Origin: a virus
Lineage: Duplodnaviria > Caudoviricetes
Reading direction: 5' to 3' (one strand)
Length of the DNA stretch: 64,000 nucleotides
IMG/VR virus record: IMGVR_UViG_2974782369_000001
Location: 64,001-128,000 of that record
Shown: piece by piece, positions 36,691-45,639 of the stretch
Layout of the letters: each line of letters begins with the position of its first letter
How positions within the stretch are numbered: the first letter of the stretch is position 1
The notes under the pieces: generated by a model
What the model was told of the DNA's origin: nothing
Seen by the model: the letters and a program-made list of their open reading frames with translations, nothing else
Databases searched by the model: none
Position numbers and translations under genes: made by a program

Positions 36691-36803
36691 CAGTCATCGT
36701 CTTTGAATAAATTCGCAATCGCAGTGAATACCGAGTGGAATGCAACATAAAGAAAAAACTTTCCTTCAGCATCCCTGTCTCTTTTCCTTCTTGTAGTAGT
36801 CAT
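36690..36803 (-). CDS. 37-aa micro-protein (MTTTRRKRDRDAEGKFFLYVAFHSVFTAIANLFKDDD)
   Basis: Fills the gap with TGATG coupling. Confidence 0.55.
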   Translation of the reverse strand: MTTTRRKRDRDAEGKFFLYVAFHSVFTAIANLFKDDD

Positions 36804-36805
36804 AA

Positions 36806-37414
36806 TTAACAATCATTGAATACAGAACCAACTTGGCTACCAATATTAGATCCGACTCTACCACCTAGAAGAGTTACCCAACCAGCAGCCAACCATCCTA
36901 TATAGGGGATGTTGACCACTGCAGGCACGAGAGCACCAGCAGCAATGCTAGTCCCTGCTAGGGCACCTTGACTCCGTGCGCCAGCGTCCGCCCGTATGCA
37001 CTCTTCGCTTTTCGCACCCGTCTTTCCCATGCCGTCAGCGGCACCTCCTAGGTTTCTAGCACCATCCATAGTATATTGATCGACGCGATACTCTCTGCGA
37101 CTTTCAATACCACCTCCACCAAACAATCCACCTTTCTTCTGATCTAACTTTAGTTGTCTCTCAGAATTTAGAATAGCAGGATCGTTTGCTTTGTATTCAA
37201 TCTTATATCCATCCCTAGTTGCTTCCACCTTATAGGAAGAGTAGTCACCATTAGGAAAATTAATTACAGGATACTGCGGTCTGTTTACCAGATGACCGAG
37301 CACACCAATATGAGCAACACCTACAACACCAAGTAATGCCAATCCAGCAATCTTTATTGGCGATCTTTTCTTTGTTGGTGTTTCAGTTGATGTTTCGGTC
37401 TTCTTAGTAGTCAT
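36806..37414 (-). CDS. Membrane protein with a C-terminal glycine zipper
   Basis: N-terminal TM; IPYIGWLAAGW...GxxxGxxxG...DC. Confidence 0.75.
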   Translation of the reverse strand: MTTKKTETSTETPTKKRSPIKIAGLALLGVVGVAHIGVLGHLVNRPQYPVINFPNGDYSSYKVEATRDGYKIEYKANDPAILNSERQLKLDQKKGGLFGGGGIESRREYRVDQYTMDGARNLGGAADGMGKTGAKSEECIRADAGARSQGALAGTSIAAGALVPAVVNIPYIGWLAAGWVTLLGGRVGSNIGSQVGSVFNDC

Positions 37415-37416
37415 GG

Positions 37417-37695
37417 TTAGAAGGGGAGAGCAGGTCCAGTGACAGCAGGAGCACCTCCACCGACTCCAGGAGCGGCAGGAAGGGCACCACCAGTAACCTT
37501 AGGCATCTTGGGCATAGCAGATTCCAGCATCCCTGGGAGGGCACCAGCGACTGCTTCTGTTGCTGCCTTGGTGGCAGCAGTCTTTGCCTGCTCGATCAAA
37601 GCATCTTTATTAAGAAGCACATATGCACTACCGCCAATGAGAGCAGCAGATGTAAGACCAGACAGAAGAGCGATAACGTTAATTAGTTTTTGCAT
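37417..37695 (-). CDS. Small membrane protein with a Pro/Gly tail
   Basis: MQKLINVIALLSG TM segment. Confidence 0.75.
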   Translation of the reverse strand: MQKLINVIALLSGLTSAALIGGSAYVLLNKDALIEQAKTAATKAATEAVAGALPGMLESAMPKMPKVTGGALPAAPGVGGGAPAVTGPALPF

Positions 37696-37699
37696 GGTT

Positions 37700-38176
37700 T
37701 TAGATAGTAGGCATTACAGGTGGCTCACCGTCCTTCTTAGGTGCAGTGGCAATTTGAATCGGGGCTTGCTCAATACGAATCGTTTGCGCTGGAGCCGTCT
37801 GCGCCGCAGCTTGGATGAGTTTCTCAAGATCTGCCTTGGAGACACCGCCGCCAGCAACACCCTTGAATGTGCCATCGCCATTCTTCTTTGCTGTCTGGAC
37901 GCCAAAGGTAGCGAGCACCCCTGTAAAAACAGACGCGATAAAAGTGGGATCGAGTTTCTGCTCTGGGATGCCGAGTGCGGGCGGCAACTTAATGTAAGCA
38001 AGGGTAAGGATGCCACCAGACCAGACGAGGATACCAAGACGCACGAAAGTGCTAATGATGGCAAGGTGTTCCTCGCTATCACCAGCAGCTTCCTTGAGCT
38101 TAGCAAAAGGTCCCTTCTTCTTTTCGGCCTGTTTTACCTCTTCCTTTTCAAGAGATTCTTTTACTTCTTCGGACAT
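37700..38176 (-). CDS. Two-TM membrane protein
   Basis: VRLGILVWSGGILTLAY, DPTFIASVFTGVLATFGV; ATAAATA upstream at 38200-38206. Confidence 0.8.
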   Translation of the reverse strand: MSEEVKESLEKEEVKQAEKKKGPFAKLKEAAGDSEEHLAIISTFVRLGILVWSGGILTLAYIKLPPALGIPEQKLDPTFIASVFTGVLATFGVQTAKKNGDGTFKGVAGGGVSKADLEKLIQAAAQTAPAQTIRIEQAPIQIATAPKKDGEPPVMPTI

Positions 38177-38202
38177 TGAATGAGCTGACGAGGCTCATCT
38201 AT

Positions 38203-38625
38203 TTATGATTCAGCAACTTGTTTTTTCTTACCGATATTATACTTAGATTCTAAAGACCATTCACCCTTATCTTTATAAGAGATAACTTTAATTTGACTTA
38301 GTGGTGCAGCATCTACAATCTCATCAGACTTTGCAACTTCAATCAAACCCCAATCGGATAAGAGTTGAATGATGCGATTGCGTCGTTGTAGATCGTTAGT
38401 AGAAATATTTGCTTTCTTACCATCAAGAGCAAACAACTCTTTGAAATGCACGATGTAATATTGACCCTTCTTATGAAGAATGTGGCACGACTGATAGAGT
38501 TTCTTTTCCTTTCGTGAGGCGACACCAATACGAGTCAGCGTCTCACGCACCTTAAGAAAATCATCAGGCTCCTTGAGCATCACTTGAATCATATTATCTT
38601 TAGACCATTGTAGATCTTCACTCAT
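38203..38625 (-). CDS. regA: Translational repressor RegA
   Basis: DFLKVRETLTRIG, LYQSCHILHK, VHFKELF. Confidence 0.96.
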   Translation of the reverse strand: MSEDLQWSKDNMIQVMLKEPDDFLKVRETLTRIGVASRKEKKLYQSCHILHKKGQYYIVHFKELFALDGKKANISTNDLQRRNRIIQLLSDWGLIEVAKSDEIVDAAPLSQIKVISYKDKGEWSLESKYNIGKKKQVAES

Positions 38626-39026
38626 TTTTTCTTTCCCCCTTTATTCAGTTTATTTTTAATGACATCTAATTGATCAGGAGTCAGAATGTTAAGAGCCTGT
38701 CGTGCTTTTTCATTACTATAACCATAGTATTGCTTGACAACTTCCAAATCATTCATCTTCTGTTTTTTGTCCCAAGGCGAAAACCTTTTACGAGACCTGA
38801 CGATATTTATAAAAAAATCATATTGAAGTTTCTTATCAAGATGAGAATACATATTCATCTCGTTGGCATACATCACGGTATCCATGTGATGTGACATGCA
38901 CTTATTCACAATATAAGGGGGGTAATTCTTTTCCCAACTAGGATCATCAGATTCCATCACACTCTTTTTGGTATAGTTAATGGAGTTGAGGTAATCCTTC
39001 AGGGGATACCTGTCATCAATTGCCAT
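38622..39026 (-). CDS. g62: Clamp loader small subunit gp62
   Basis: YLNSIN, ANEMN, QYDFF, YYGYSNEKA. Confidence 0.92.
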   Translation of the reverse strand: MAIDDRYPLKDYLNSINYTKKSVMESDDPSWEKNYPPYIVNKCMSHHMDTVMYANEMNMYSHLDKKLQYDFFINIVRSRKRFSPWDKKQKMNDLEVVKQYYGYSNEKARQALNILTPDQLDVIKNKLNKGGKKK

Positions 39027-39849
39027 AGTTTAAAAGCAGTAATTCCTTTCGTTGTTTCTGGTCGCTCATGTACGATCCCACGGATCGCATAGTATAGGTG
39101 AGGTCGAATTCGCCTGCTTGCCACCCTTCAAACCTTTCCTTGACAAGTTGGTCCGAATTATAAGATACAAGTTGATCACCGACGAAGCGGTCACAATCAA
39201 CAGCAAAGGTATCATGATCGAAGCACTTGTGCATACTACCTCGCCTTCCGTATAGGTTAGATTTAATGTCGTAGGGGGGATCAAGGTAGGTGAAGCACTT
39301 TTTGTCATCAGTAAGGAGTTGCTCATAGGATAAGTTGGTAATCTTCCAATCTTTGATTAACATGGAATAGTGAGGAAGATTCTCTATCCCTCGCATTGAG
39401 AAGTTTGAATCGCTCGCCTGGGCAGAAAAGGATGAGGACTCAGAGAGACCAGAAAAAGAGCACTTGTTAATAACGTAAAAACTAACGGCACGATGAAAGG
39501 ATTCGGTTTTTCGGGCGTCATGAGACAGATACTCCTTTGCTTCTAGAAATAGTTTCTTTGCACTGACAGAATCACAGTGACGATTCTTGAGTTGCACCAA
39601 CTCGTCACGAAGTTGTCTGCCTTCATCTTGCAAAACCCTCCAAAAATTATATAGAGGTTCGTAAAGGTCATTGACCCAGATATCCAAATGAGGATATGTC
39701 TGAGTCATCCAGATAGCGAAAGATCCACCACCTAGAAATGCCTCACGATATTCAGTGTAGTTATTCATGTCAGGCAGAAACTGTGCCATCTTCTTGATGG
39801 CACGAGACTTTCCACCAGGATAACGAAGAGGGGTCTTTAGGACGGTCAT
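39016..39849 (-). CDS. dam: DNA adenine methyltransferase (D12 class)
   Basis: PLRYPGGKS, FLGGGS, YLDPPY. Confidence 0.92.
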   Translation of the reverse strand: MTVLKTPLRYPGGKSRAIKKMAQFLPDMNNYTEYREAFLGGGSFAIWMTQTYPHLDIWVNDLYEPLYNFWRVLQDEGRQLRDELVQLKNRHCDSVSAKKLFLEAKEYLSHDARKTESFHRAVSFYVINKCSFSGLSESSSFSAQASDSNFSMRGIENLPHYSMLIKDWKITNLSYEQLLTDDKKCFTYLDPPYDIKSNLYGRRGSMHKCFDHDTFAVDCDRFVGDQLVSYNSDQLVKERFEGWQAGEFDLTYTMRSVGSYMSDQKQRKELLLLNYGN

Positions 39850-40136
39850 CAGGTAATAATTTTCTTAGAGGGTGCAGATACTTTACCAAAGGTGTCGCAG
39901 TATTGTTGCTCCAGATTAGGAAGCAGTTTAGTCATGTAGAGCACATGCTGTTTGAGAATCTTCACTTCTTTCTCATCAGGATCACCGAGGGGACAGAAAG
40001 GAGCGAATCCAAGTTGATCATTGCCTTGGGGTGCAGCAATCAATGCATCACAAACAAGGAGATACTCATCAGTCTCTTCAATGAGATCAACAATCAATTG
40101 CTCTCCATTAGAGAGACGCACATTTTTTACAGTCAT
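39849..40136 (-). CDS. Hypothetical protein (Sm-like)
   Basis: RLSNGEQLI...FAPF pattern. Confidence 0.7.
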   Translation of the reverse strand: MTVKNVRLSNGEQLIVDLIEETDEYLLVCDALIAAPQGNDQLGFAPFCPLGDPDEKEVKILKQHVLYMTKLLPNLEQQYCDTFGKVSAPSKKIIT

Positions 40137-40282
40137 TTTAGTTTTTCAATTACGGAGTTTACAGATTCGGACATCTGGCGGTAACCAGTGCCAACATAAA
40201 TTTGTCCTGCCACAACGGCAAAGGTGGCAATACCCCAGAAGATATAATACCACTTGGATTTTACTTGGTGCTTCTTTCCCAT
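40133..40282 (-). CDS. Small single-TM protein
   Basis: Start placed at MGKKHQ; WYYIFWGIAT..VVAGQ. Confidence 0.7.
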   Translation of the reverse strand: MGKKHQVKSKWYYIFWGIATFAVVAGQIYVGTGYRQMSESVNSVIEKLK

Positions 40283-40283
40283 T

Positions 40284-41033
40284 CTACTCCATCTCCTCGG
40301 TTTTGACAAACTCTTTGAGGATATCAACGAATGTTTCTCCAGGATCCTGCTCTCGCGCTTCAGCAATTTCTAATAGCATTCCATGCAGTCTTTCACCCTC
40401 CTTCCCAACAAATTCAATTTGAGTATCTTCCCACTCCTGAATTACAGGATTGTATCTTCCATCATGAATAACAATGGGATCAACTTGTTTGGATTTGTTT
40501 GTTACATTTCCTCCATAAAATTTGACTGCGGCTTGAATATTCTCTTTTTGAGTTGTATATTCTAAATTATCAACGCAATTATTAGTGGCATCATGATCTA
40601 TATGATTCACCACAACATTACCAGATATCCAAGATTTATAACTATCAGGGATGCGGGGTTGTCCAATCATGTCTGCAGTAATGACTTGATTCCATTCCGA
40701 TGCTAATCTATCTGGGGCATATTCATCCATTGGTCGATGTGCTTGCATCACCAATCTATGCACATCCTCAGTCCTTTTACAAGTTGTTTTGCTTCTACTA
40801 TTATAGACCCAATCACCATCAAAAAAATCTAGGGGATAATAAATATCCACCCTAGCATAAACATTATCCCGCGATCTATTAAAGCATTTAATTTTTCTCG
40901 AATATGAAGGATCTGCGATATTGCCCCCAGCAGTTCTTCGTATATGAGAAACAACATTACCAAGATTGGATACGGAATACCAATCATGGATTTTGCCATC
41001 GATTACAAGATGTTTCCAAATTTCGGTTGTCAT
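40284..41033 (-). CDS. HNH homing endonuclease (NUMOD4-like plus HNH_3)
   Basis: EIWK...YSVSNLGNV; VHRLV; VNHIDHDATNN..DNLEY. Confidence 0.85.
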   Translation of the reverse strand: MTTEIWKHLVIDGKIHDWYSVSNLGNVVSHIRRTAGGNIADPSYSRKIKCFNRSRDNVYARVDIYYPLDFFDGDWVYNSRSKTTCKRTEDVHRLVMQAHRPMDEYAPDRLASEWNQVITADMIGQPRIPDSYKSWISGNVVVNHIDHDATNNCVDNLEYTTQKENIQAAVKFYGGNVTNKSKQVDPIVIHDGRYNPVIQEWEDTQIEFVGKEGERLHGMLLEIAEAREQDPGETFVDILKEFVKTEEME

Positions 41034-41039
41034 TTGAAT

Positions 41040-41618
41040 TCACACTCCTTCAGTATAGTATCTTGGTGCTGATTCATACTCTTTTCCATCTCTATGCAAA
41101 ATATTATTTTGATGGTCAACCCATTCAAGATTTTCAATGGAGTTATCAGACCTGTTTTTATTTTTATGGTTTACTTCAGTAAATGTTTCGGGGTCAGGAT
41201 TTTTTAACCATGCCTCTGCCATTAAACGATGCACTAGTTTACCATTGTAAACTGCATATCCTTCTTCATTTAAATAAAAGTTAGAAACAGTCTCCTGCGT
41301 TTTGACATTTTTAATTCTTCCATCATAGTAGTAAATATAATTACCAACTTTTCGCATGTGAGGTCTGCATGAAGAAGAGGGCACTTTAACTTTACCATTT
41401 TCCCACAACCACATCAACCATTTTTTAATTGGTTTTCTTGCTTTAGTAGGAAGATTGCCATTCTCAAAGTCTTTCCTTAACCGATGTTTAATTTTTAAGT
41501 ATGACCTTTCAGTGTAATCATATCTAGGTGGAATTCCAACCAAAAATTTTTCAAAAGAAACTACTTCCTTTCCACTAATAACTTTCTGATAGATATCAAT
41601 TTCAAACTGTTTACTCAT
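41040..41618 (-). CDS. HNH endonuclease (HNH_3)
   Basis: VHRLMAEAW, VNHKNKNRSDNSIENLEW. Confidence 0.85.
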   Translation of the reverse strand: MSKQFEIDIYQKVISGKEVVSFEKFLVGIPPRYDYTERSYLKIKHRLRKDFENGNLPTKARKPIKKWLMWLWENGKVKVPSSSCRPHMRKVGNYIYYYDGRIKNVKTQETVSNFYLNEEGYAVYNGKLVHRLMAEAWLKNPDPETFTEVNHKNKNRSDNSIENLEWVDHQNNILHRDGKEYESAPRYYTEGV

Positions 41619-42556
41619 TTGAATTCACACTCCATCATAATTTGAGTAAGTGCTGCTAAAAGATTGATCTCCTGGTCAGCAACGAATGCAGTCTTGTATT
41701 GATATTCAGCAATAATCAAAACTGCTGCTGCAATACTAGGACCTTCCATATTTTCTGCAAGACCATCATACAACTTACGAAGAATTGCGTTGGGGTCAGC
41801 ATCAAGATTCTGCGTGACCCACTTCTTCACATCATTGAATTTCTTATTCTTCAGAGCAGCAATAAGATCCTTGGTGTTTGCATCACCTAGCGTCGCCAGA
41901 ATGCCAGTGTCGATAGCGCCCGTGGAGGAGTATCGCTGCAATTCGTTGAGGGTGCGTCGGAAGTCTGGGAAGTATTTTTGGACGACCTCAGCAACAACTC
42001 TAGGTTCGAAGGAGACCTCTTCCCGTTTGAGGATATCTCGGCAACGATTGAAGAAAGCGCCTGCCAACTCTTGCTTAGTTTGTCCACGAACATTGAAGTC
42101 AACTACCGTTGTCCTACTATGTAGGGGGTCGATAATCTTGTTTTTGAAATTACAAGTGAATATGAACCGACAGTTTTTTTGAAACTCTTCGATACTGGCA
42201 CGAAGGAGTAGTTGGACATCTGGGGTTGTGTTGTCTGCCTCATCAATGATAAGGACTTTGTGACGAGCAGAAGCAGTGAGAGACACAGTAGAAGCAAAGG
42301 ATTTTGCCTGATTGCGTACAGTGTCCAAGAAACGTCCCTCATCAGACCCGTTGATAACATAGTAGTCTGCTCCCAATTCATTGCAGAGTGCTTTTGCGAT
42401 GGTGGTCTTGCCAACACCAGCAGTGCCAGAGAGGAGCAGATTGGGGATCTCACCCTGATCTACAAAACTCTGAAAGGTGGTCTTCACAGATTCGGGGAGA
42501 ATGCAGTCCTCAATAGTTTGAGGACGATACTTCTCTACCCAAAGGAAATCATTCAT
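41615..42556 (-). CDS. g44: Clamp loader large subunit gp44
   Basis: LWVEKYRP, GTAGVGKT, IIDEAD. Confidence 0.97.
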   Translation of the reverse strand: MNDFLWVEKYRPQTIEDCILPESVKTTFQSFVDQGEIPNLLLSGTAGVGKTTIAKALCNELGADYYVINGSDEGRFLDTVRNQAKSFASTVSLTASARHKVLIIDEADNTTPDVQLLLRASIEEFQKNCRFIFTCNFKNKIIDPLHSRTTVVDFNVRGQTKQELAGAFFNRCRDILKREEVSFEPRVVAEVVQKYFPDFRRTLNELQRYSSTGAIDTGILATLGDANTKDLIAALKNKKFNDVKKWVTQNLDADPNAILRKLYDGLAENMEGPSIAAAVLIIAEYQYKTAFVADQEINLLAALTQIMMECEFK

Positions 42557-42888
42557 TCTAAAGGTCTTTGAAATTCACGACTAATAATATTAGATGCATG
42601 AAGCATCTGTTTCATGTATTCTACACCATCCTGAGGTGTAGTGTGGTCTCCACAAGTAAAGACATCACAAACTGCCATACCCAACTCTGGCCAAGTGTGA
42701 ATGCTGATATGACTTTCAGCGAGCATTGCCACACAAGTTACACCTTGAGGATCAAACTTGTGTGAGTTGAGTGCCAGCAGCGTAGACTGACACTTCACAC
42801 TGGCGTGATAGATTACATCCCTAATGTATTGCTCATCATCCAGAAGAGCCATACTGCACCCCTTAAGGGTGAAAAGGATGTGTCTCAT
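42553..42888 (-). CDS. speD: S-adenosylmethionine decarboxylase proenzyme
   Basis: HKFDPQGVT, LAESHISIHTWPE, DVFTCG. Confidence 0.93.
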   Translation of the reverse strand: MRHILFTLKGCSMALLDDEQYIRDVIYHASVKCQSTLLALNSHKFDPQGVTCVAMLAESHISIHTWPELGMAVCDVFTCGDHTTPQDGVEYMKQMLHASNIISREFQRPLE

Positions 42889-43550
42889 TAGTTGTTAGGC
42901 TCCAACGCAATGAGATACTTAACGTTGTCTGCTTCAAAGCGAGCAACATTGTGCTTGCTGATAGTGACATCATAACCCTGATTATAGAGTTTCAGATTCT
43001 CCATCTTGAAGCAATAGCAAAACTCATCATCGGTCTCACCAACTTCGATCGAATAAGAGTTGGAAGTTTCATTCTTCTTGTCGGTCAGACACAGATTCAT
43101 AGTGCCTTCATGACCATACAAGCAGAGATCGGGCACACCACAAATAGACCATGCCTTGCGGATTTGCTGCAGGACAGGTGCCTCAAGACGGAAGCGCACA
43201 TCTTCAGTAGGAAGATCAACGTCCTTCTCGGGTGGTTGCACAATGATATCTGGGTCGGAGTAGAAGAATTTAACCTTAGAGCGACCACCAGGATTACTGA
43301 TCACGAGATGTTGATCAGCATCAGTATCAATGACGGGAGTGCCATCAAACAGATTGAAAACTGCAATCAGAGAAGGGAGATCATAGATTGCCATGTCTCG
43401 GGTAAACGTTTCCTCAACCTTTGCCTTAGCAAGGATATTCTTATTCAGACTCAGGGTCTGAATCTGATTGCCAGGTTTGATAACAATCGACTTGTTGATG
43501 GTCGAAAAGTTTTGAAGTAGGTCAATAGTCTCTTTGGAGATTACGGTCAT
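42888..43550 (-). CDS. g45: Sliding clamp gp45
   Basis: LQNFSTINKSI, AIYDL, FKMENLK, YLIALE. Confidence 0.93.
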   Translation of the reverse strand: MTVISKETIDLLQNFSTINKSIVIKPGNQIQTLSLNKNILAKAKVEETFTRDMAIYDLPSLIAVFNLFDGTPVIDTDADQHLVISNPGGRSKVKFFYSDPDIIVQPPEKDVDLPTEDVRFRLEAPVLQQIRKAWSICGVPDLCLYGHEGTMNLCLTDKKNETSNSYSIEVGETDDEFCYCFKMENLKLYNQGYDVTISKHNVARFEADNVKYLIALEPNN

Positions 43551-43831
43551 CGGTTGGGATACTCCTCACGGGTTGCATTTTTATCGTTAAAGTGTAGCAG
43601 CAAAAGTGCATAGTGCAAGATCTTAATAATGTCTCGCCGTGCGCTGCCTTTCTTATCGTAGCGAGAGGCATACTTAAGGATATTACTCCGACAGAATGCT
43701 TCACCATCGCCACAAGATTCAATCAAATCAAGGGTTTGAATACCAGCATCACCAGTAGAGTAATGCTGGTTGTAGGTCCCTTGAATATACTGCTTCAGTT
43801 CTTCAAGCAGTGCTTCTTCATTGTATTTCAT
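43547..43831 (-). CDS. Conserved phage protein (DUF3310-like)
   Basis: TYNQHY, FCRSNILKYASRY.KKG, DIIKILHYA. Confidence 0.75.
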   Translation of the reverse strand: MKYNEEALLEELKQYIQGTYNQHYSTGDAGIQTLDLIESCGDGEAFCRSNILKYASRYDKKGSARRDIIKILHYALLLLHFNDKNATREEYPNR

Positions 43832-43833
43832 AA

Positions 43834-44904
43834 TCAGAATGGGGCTTCCTCCTCATTGTACTCGGATTCCTCTCCTGCGTCAACCTTAGTATACAGATCG
43901 AGGAAAGATTGTTTGGTATCAGTGTCGAAACGATTGATACAGTTGGTGATTGCTTTGATGCGATCACCGAAGATTTGATTCGCTTGGACAATATGCACCA
44001 GGCGACGGGTGGTGATAATCTCATCCACACCACCATCGTAGAAGGTCTTGCGGATCACACCTGCCCACTTAACAAGGTTATCAGCAAACTGCTCATCACA
44101 ACCATTGTTGATGAGGATCTTGGTTTCAGTGGTTGCAGTAGGATACTCCTGCTCAAAAGTCACAGGGAAACGCTCAAGGAATGCTTCGTTGAGCACATTG
44201 GTGCCAACAAAACGACCGTCATCGCTACCCTTACCTTTGGTGTTGGCAGTGGCAAAAACAGTGAAACCAACAGCAGGTTTCACATACTTACCAATCTTCT
44301 TCAGGAAGATACCTTTACCTTCAAGCACAGACTGAAGACACAGGATCTTATTGGATGCCAGGTCAACCTCGTCTAGAAGCAGCACAGCTCCGCGTGAAAG
44401 AGCTTCCACGACGGGTCCATTATGCCAGACAGTTTCGCCGTCAACAAGACGAAACCCACCAATAAGATCATCCTCGTCAGTCTCAATGGTAATGTTTACA
44501 CGAATGAGCTCTCTATTTAGAGCAGCACATGCTTGCTCAACAGAGACAGTCTTACCATTACCAGACAGACCAGTGATGAAAGTAGGATAAAACTGACGAG
44601 AAGAGATAATCTTCTTCACATCAGAGAAATTCCCGAACGGGACATAGTTAGCATCTTTGTCAGGAATGAAGCACTGATCTTCCCGTACGGTATCATCAAG
44701 TTGCTTTTCAAGACGCTCAGCAATAGTCAGATTCCACTTGCCACGACCAGTTTTATATTCATCTAGACGCTTACATGCAGTGGGATATGAAACATCAAGA
44801 TTCTCAGCAATAGCACGGACATGCTCTGTGCAGACTTCAGCACCATAGGCATTGATCAGGTTTTCGACGATCTGGGCGGTAGTAACTTCAGACTTGCGGG
44901 GCAT
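43834..44904 (-). CDS. cobS: CobS/MoxR-like AAA+ ATPase
   Basis: GLSGNGKT, LLLDEVD, ATANTKG, AFLERF. Confidence 0.92.
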   Translation of the reverse strand: MPRKSEVTTAQIVENLINAYGAEVCTEHVRAIAENLDVSYPTACKRLDEYKTGRGKWNLTIAERLEKQLDDTVREDQCFIPDKDANYVPFGNFSDVKKIISSRQFYPTFITGLSGNGKTVSVEQACAALNRELIRVNITIETDEDDLIGGFRLVDGETVWHNGPVVEALSRGAVLLLDEVDLASNKILCLQSVLEGKGIFLKKIGKYVKPAVGFTVFATANTKGKGSDDGRFVGTNVLNEAFLERFPVTFEQEYPTATTETKILINNGCDEQFADNLVKWAGVIRKTFYDGGVDEIITTRRLVHIVQANQIFGDRIKAITNCINRFDTDTKQSFLDLYTKVDAGEESEYNEEEAPF

Positions 44905-44927
44905 TGCTCTCCTTTGATTACCTTGTA

Positions 44928-44972
44928 ATTATAGCAGAAAACCTGCCTTGTGGGGCAGGTCGGTGGACAGTT
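44928..44972 (-). promoter_or_regulatory. Early promoter (AACTGTCCAC element plus TATAAT) overlapping a hairpin
   Basis: Element 39 nt upstream of TATAAT; ACCTGCC/GGCAGGT stem between them. Confidence 0.7.
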
Positions 44973-44980
44973 TTTAATCG

Positions 44981-45499
44981 TCACACCCAATCTGGTTTGC
45001 GGGATCCGTCACGAAGATAATTAGATGCAACCCAAGGTTTGCTGCTAATGTAATTTTTGTAAGCAGTAAAAGTGTCAATGCTTGTGTCAAATTTAAACTC
45101 ATTGGGCATTGCTCGTGCGAAAGGAGTTAAGTCAGTAAAGTGTGCTGGATCTAGAGGAAATATCTTATTCGCATACGCTAGTGTATGTAGGCAAGAATGT
45201 ATTTTTTTATAGCGATGGGAATACTCTTCACATAATGCAAGACCATGTTTGATCAACCATCTTGCGTTTGCTATAGTTTCATTTGCCCAGATAGTGCAGG
45301 GATGATTACGAAAGGCACCCTTAGCAGTTGCATATGGTGTGCCGTCTGCTTTGGGAAGAGTGCCATAACCATGACCCCACTTCTCGGATGCTACGATAGA
45401 GAGCATTTGACAGCACTCTAAGGGCATTTTAACAACGTGCTTGTCAGGGAGACACTGTGCCGATTTGACTGGAGATGGATCAGTGACAAAAATATTCAT
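44981..45499 (-). CDS. Pyrimidine-dimer glycosylase (DenV)-like family protein
   Basis: MNIF..D..P...A..L.DKHVVKM.LE..QML, NHPCT.W, FARAMP. Confidence 0.65.
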   Translation of the reverse strand: MNIFVTDPSPVKSAQCLPDKHVVKMPLECCQMLSIVASEKWGHGYGTLPKADGTPYATAKGAFRNHPCTIWANETIANARWLIKHGLALCEEYSHRYKKIHSCLHTLAYANKIFPLDPAHFTDLTPFARAMPNEFKFDTSIDTFTAYKNYISSKPWVASNYLRDGSRKPDWV

Positions 45500-45639
45500 T
45501 TAAATTTGGTTGTTACGCTTACTACTGTAGCACCAGGATTGCGAGCAAGAGCAACTTTTCTTGCATCTTGATAGTCCGTAGCAATTACTTCTTCAGTAAA
45601 TACGGTGCCAGCCTTGAATAGTTTAACTTCACATTTCAT
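45496..45639 (-). CDS. 47-aa conserved small protein (MKCEVKLFKAGTVF...ALARNPGA)
   Basis: Manual translation; ATGA overlaps at both ends. Confidence 0.75.
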   Translation of the reverse strand: MKCEVKLFKAGTVFTEEVIATDYQDARKVALARNPGATVVSVTTKFK

